From: an uncultured Methanomicrobiales archaeon
GTDB lineage: Archaea > Halobacteriota > Methanomicrobia > Methanomicrobiales > Methanospirillaceae
Length of the DNA: 64,000 nucleotides
Direction: 5' to 3'
Assembly (NCBI GenBank): GCA_963697895.1
Contig: OY969100.1
Coordinates: 1,728,001 to 1,792,000, forward strand
The position numbers and the translations under genes are program-made. The notes under the pieces are model-generated. The model saw only the letters and a program-made list of their open reading frames with translations. It was not told where the DNA came from and did no database searches. Positions 60,089-64,000 of the stretch are shown here, in pieces (position 1 is the first letter of the stretch; each line of letters begins with the position of its first letter).

Positions 60089-60102
60089 ATAACAATTGTG
60101 AA
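60089..60102. promoter_or_regulatory. Near-consensus operator ATAACAATTGTGAA upstream of sufS-cysM
   Basis: 12/14 match, directly before a TTTTTAT TATA-like box (60105-60111). Confidence 0.7.
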
Positions 60103-60173
60103 CATTTTTATCCCATGCGATTCTCATGAGTATTGCACATTCCGTGGATACCTTTTCTCCAGGGTGATTGTTG

Positions 60174-61340
60174 ATGTATGATCTACAAAAGTTACGCCAG
60201 GAATTTCCGATACTTTCAAAATGTGTCTACCTAGACAGTGCCTCGACCAGCCAGACACCCCGGTGCTCTGTCGATGCGATGTGTGAATATTTCTTCGAAT
60301 ATGCGGCGAACCATGGAAGAGGTGCTCATCACCTCGCCCGGAAGACAACCGAAAGGTACGAAGAGACCAGAACCAGGCTCGGAAATTTTCTGAAGGTCAC
60401 TCCGGATCACATTATATTCACAAAGAATACCACAGATGCGGTAAATACGGTTGCAAACGGGCTTACGTGGAAACGGGGCGATGAAATTATCACCACGTGG
60501 CTGGAACATCATTCAAATCTTCTTCCCTGGATGATGCTTAAGCGAAAGGGTGTCCGACTTACGATCATCCCACATGAGAACGGATATCTCGATCCCCATG
60601 CAATCCAGGAGGCAATCTCATCAAAGACGAGATTGATTGCGGTCACCCATATGCCCAATATCCTCGGAACGGTCCAACCGGTCGAGGCAATCGGTCGAAT
60701 CGCCCATGATGCCGGGGTGCCTGTGGTCGTTGACGGAGCGCAATCCGTCGGGCATTTTCCTGTTGATGTTACTTATATCGATTACCTGGCAATTCCCGGT
60801 CACAAAGGACTTCTCGGGCCGCAGGGTACTGGGGCGCTTTATACGAAAGATCCAGAGTCTTTGAATTGTTCGATCTACGGGGGAGGGATGGTGGTATCCG
60901 TCTCGCATAATGAAGTAAAATTACTCCCTCCCCCAGCCAAATTTGAACCAGGGACGCCAAATATCCCGGGAGTTATCGGGCTCGGTCCGGCAATTAATCT
61001 CGTCAGTTCAATGGGCGTCAGGAATATTCACTCTTATGAGAAGAAACTCGGCTCTCAGATGTATGCGGGATTGGTAAGAATTCCCGGCGTGAGTATATAC
61101 AGCCCGCACGGAACCGGCGTAGTTTCATTCAATGTCGCCGGGCATAATCCGAATGAATTTTCCCGGAAGCTTGATGATTACCGGAAGATCTGTGTGAGGA
61201 GCGGTATGCATTGCGCAGAACCACTGGCGAGCAGTTATCATTGTGAAGGGACGATCCGGGCCTCGGTCGGTTGTTATACCACGTCTGATGAAGTTGATGA
61301 CCTGATCGAGAGTGTCCGGCATCTGAGCGGGAACGATTAG
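60174..61340 (+). CDS. Group II (SufS-like) cysteine desulfurase
   Basis: YLDSAST, EHHSNLLPW, DGAQS, GHKGLLGPQG, EPGTP, RSGMHCA. Confidence 0.9.
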   Translation: MYDLQKLRQEFPILSKCVYLDSASTSQTPRCSVDAMCEYFFEYAANHGRGAHHLARKTTERYEETRTRLGNFLKVTPDHIIFTKNTTDAVNTVANGLTWKRGDEIITTWLEHHSNLLPWMMLKRKGVRLTIIPHENGYLDPHAIQEAISSKTRLIAVTHMPNILGTVQPVEAIGRIAHDAGVPVVVDGAQSVGHFPVDVTYIDYLAIPGHKGLLGPQGTGALYTKDPESLNCSIYGGGMVVSVSHNEVKLLPPPAKFEPGTPNIPGVIGLGPAINLVSSMGVRNIHSYEKKLGSQMYAGLVRIPGVSIYSPHGTGVVSFNVAGHNPNEFSRKLDDYRKICVRSGMHCAEPLASSYHCEGTIRASVGCYTTSDEVDDLIESVRHLSGND

Positions 61341-61345
61341 ATCTT

Positions 61346-62275
61346 ATGGTCTCCATAGATCAAGCGCGAACGGTTCTTGATGCAATCGGGAACACCCCGC
61401 TCGTCGAGATCCGGAACCTAAACCCCTATCCGGCGATCCGCATCTTTGCAAAGTTTGAAGGCTGCAATCCCGGAGGGTCGATCAAGGACCGGATTGCCCT
61501 TTTCATGATCCTTGCAGCGGAACAATCCGGTGAACTTTCGCGCGATAAAATCATTATGGAACCGACCTCAGGGAATACCGGTATTTCGCTCGCCATGATC
61601 GGAGCTGCAAAAGGGTACCGGGTAAAGCTGGTTATGCCTGGTTGCGTAAGTGTCGAACGCAGACGAATTATTGAGGCGTTTGGGGCGGAAGTGGTGATCA
61701 CCCCTTCGGAGGAGGGAACGGATGGCGCGATCCGGCGAGCATGGAAACTTGCTCAGGAGGACCCGGATATGTACTATATGCCCGATCAGTTCTCAAATCC
61801 TGCGAATATTCAGGCCCATTATGAAACCACAGGTCCGGAGATATATCGCGCACTGGACGGGAAGATCGATTGTTTTGTCGCAGGTATGGGTACCACGGGG
61901 ACACTGATGGGTGTCGGGCGATTTTTAAAAGAGATGAATCCGGGGATACGCATTATTGGGATTGAACCTGAACCGGGACATGCCATCCAGGGCCTGAAAA
62001 ACATGGAAGAGGCAATCGTACCGAAGATCTACGATGCAAATCTGCTCGATGAAAAGATACGGATCGGAGATGAGGAGGCGTATGTGATGGCCCGGAAAAT
62101 TGCGACCCGGGAAGGGATATTCACTGGCATGTCGAGCGGAGCAGCTTTTGCTGGAGTGCTGAAAGTCGCAGAATCACTGGATTCCGGAACCATCGTCACC
62201 ATCTTCCCGGACCGTGGGGACCGTTACCTCAGTACCACCCTATTCCGTTCGATCTGCGGCGATTGCAATCCTTAG
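61346..62275 (+). CDS. PLP-dependent cysteine synthase (CysM/CysK family)
   Basis: IGNTPLV, NPGGSIKDR, EPTSGNTG, GMGTTGT, IQGL, SSGA, PDRGDRYLST; C-terminal CGDC. Confidence 0.92.
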   Translation: MVSIDQARTVLDAIGNTPLVEIRNLNPYPAIRIFAKFEGCNPGGSIKDRIALFMILAAEQSGELSRDKIIMEPTSGNTGISLAMIGAAKGYRVKLVMPGCVSVERRRIIEAFGAEVVITPSEEGTDGAIRRAWKLAQEDPDMYYMPDQFSNPANIQAHYETTGPEIYRALDGKIDCFVAGMGTTGTLMGVGRFLKEMNPGIRIIGIEPEPGHAIQGLKNMEEAIVPKIYDANLLDEKIRIGDEEAYVMARKIATREGIFTGMSSGAAFAGVLKVAESLDSGTIVTIFPDRGDRYLSTTLFRSICGDCNP

Positions 62276-62976
62276 AAAGAAGATCATTATTTATTTACTA
62301 AAGTTCAAGTCCACACAGGTCGGTAAGTATTCCACGCTGATGCAGATCGTCGCTCGACCCGTGTGATAATATCATCCGCAGGGGCGATGTTCGTTGCCCC
62401 TCCTCGTGCAATTGGAACTTGAATTCCCGAAGTATATCTGTGTATGGCAGGCAGAGGTGCAATGCATATTGAAATTGATCAGTGATTTAAGCGTGGTCAT
62501 CGTGCTTTAAGACGAATCTTCACCAAGGCTCGGTACAAGATCATCGTTCTTCTAGTCTACCTTGGTATCAATAATAAATCGTAATAATTCGCATTGATAC
62601 CATGCCAACTTAGTATTATTATTACTCAGAAAGGAGTGCTGCTTTGGAGCATCCGCGCCTGCGGTTAAAATCCCCCAGAATTTTATCTTTGGTGATCATT
62701 TTTCCACCAAGTTTGATCTATTCACGGGGATCTATAAATTATTGTTGATGTTTTTGTTATGTACTAACGTTTTTACTTGATTATAATCGTGAAATCAAGG
62801 TCCCGGGTCATTCAACTCCAGACAATATCCTCAATCAAAACAGTTCCCGGTGATGACGCATCGGGGGTTGGATCCCGATCGTCAGAGACTGTCCTCGGAT
62901 ACCTCCTGAGACTTTGAAAACATCCTTGTTTATATATCAGAGTGAGACTCATACTGTTTTAAGGAGAGAAAACAGG

Positions 62977-63676
62977 ATGGTCAATAAAGAGATATTTCTC
63001 TGCCAGATTTGCAGGGAGCGAAAAACACAGGATGAAATTGTGCCCGCTCAATCGGTTCCAGAGCCCATCGCCGATCTGATTCGGAAAGAATATCCCTCGT
63101 GGTCATCGAGTGGCTACATTTGCCGATCTGATTTTGACCTTTTCAGGGCGTATTACGTCGGAGAGGTGCTGGAAAAAGAGAAAAATGAACTCGCCTTGCT
63201 GGAAGAGGTTGTCGGACAAACAATGAAAGACCATGCGCAGTCCGTAAAAAATATCAATATCGAATTTGAACGCCAGCAAAGCTACGGGAGCACCTTTCTG
63301 ATAATATCGCCGATTTTGCGGGGAGCTGGACATTCGTAATCATTTTTTCGGGAGTGATATTACTGTGGGTTGTTGTCAACACTTTCATCATTTTAACGAG
63401 ACCATTTGACCCATATCCCTATATTCTGCTCAATCTCGTCCTCTCGACAGTTGCCGCGCTCCAAGCTCCCATCATCATAATGAGTCAGAAGCGGCATGAA
63501 TCGCGGGACCGCCTCAATGCAAAACAAGATTACCGTTTAAATTTGCATCCTGAAATGGAAATTCATCAATTGCATAAAAAAATTGACCATCTCCTTTTTG
63601 GTCAAGGGCAAAAGCTTCTGGAGATACAGAAGATCAAGTGGAACTGATGGAGGATCTTTTCCGGAAATCCCAATAA
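62977..63676 (+). pseudogene. DUF1003-family membrane protein with two apparent 1-bp deletions (~63288, ~63636)
   Basis: CQIC...YIC N-terminus; a shifted frame gives HLSDNIADFAGSWTF...FDPYPYILLNLVLS..AALQAPIIIMSQ; a second shift gives QVELMEDLFRKSQ*. Confidence 0.75.
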
Positions 63677-63790
63677 ATCAATGAAATAACAAATTCAACA
63701 ATTTTCATATAATTGTCATCTTTCCGCCAAATCATAAATAACTCCTAAATTTAATCACTTAGCGCCCATTCCGTACCCATTCGAGAACGA

Positions 63791-64000
63791 TCACATATTT
63801 TCCATCTGAAGAACCATTTTTTTCCCAAATATTTTTTGGAAATTCGCCGCCTCGTTCTCTCCCCCCTTCATCTCGAGATGACAGTCTTCAGGGGCTGCAA
63901 TGTGCAGGACCACCCGATCTTCATCGGTTTTGCTGAACCGGACACTCCTGACCAGTCCCATGTGACTCCGGTCCAGGCTCTCAGCCAGCCGGATAAAAGC
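63791..64000 (-). CDS. C-terminal end of a Ppx/GppA-family exopolyphosphatase-like (HD-associated) protein, partial
   Basis: Manual translation AFIRLAESLDRSHMGLV...FQKIFGKK...* (stop at 63791-63793); runs off the window. Confidence 0.7.
   Translation of the reverse strand, partial: AFIRLAESLDRSHMGLVRSVRFSKTDEDRVVLHIAAPEDCHLEMKGGENEAANFQKIFGKKMVLQMENM

Noticed and set aside
43721-60102. Palindrome copies as CRISPR repeats, REP elements or transposon ends
   Set aside because: Only 14 bp, kilobases apart, always at promoter positions; no spacers, cas genes or transposase
62290-62900. AT-rich intergenic region with small hairpins (e.g. GGGGCGATGTTCGTTGCCCC)
   Set aside because: No ORF, repeat array, operator copy or recognisable RNA motif; too weak to call

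Overview
Chromosomal window of a hydrogenotrophic methanogenic archaeon, most like Methanomicrobiales (Methanoregula/Methanolinea type). The taxonomy is inferred from gene content only. The first ~40 kb is core methanogen genome: the atwA-mmp3-6-5-15-17-7 MCR-activation operon, R15P isomerase/form III RuBisCO/dapF, radB-larC, cdc48, aspS-metE, cofD, archaeal mevalonate UbiD/AcnX, PolD large subunit with a Gln-terminated mini-intein, and tRNA-Leu(CAA). It also holds an unannotated ~255-nt structured RNA candidate near atwA. From 40.5 to 62.3 kb lies a dense sulfur-trafficking cluster: SAMP/MoaE/MoeB, IscU/IscS, an APS-reductase-like::SufS fusion, a radical SAM, NadA, ThiN, FdhD, LarE, tRNA-Cys + SepCysS, MetY/MetX, a ThrRS editing domain, ThiI, DUF1890/1894, SufS and CysM. 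The strongest signal is a 14-bp palindrome, TTCACAATTGTGAA (6 perfect copies, 3 near-perfect), upstream of every predicted transcription unit of this cluster. One of those units encodes a small Cys-rich HTH protein, so this is a candidate sulfur/Fe-S regulon with its own regulator. Several single-base lesions (cdc48, radical SAM, metX, DUF1003) suggest assembly errors. All family calls come from motif recognition by eye; no database searches were run.
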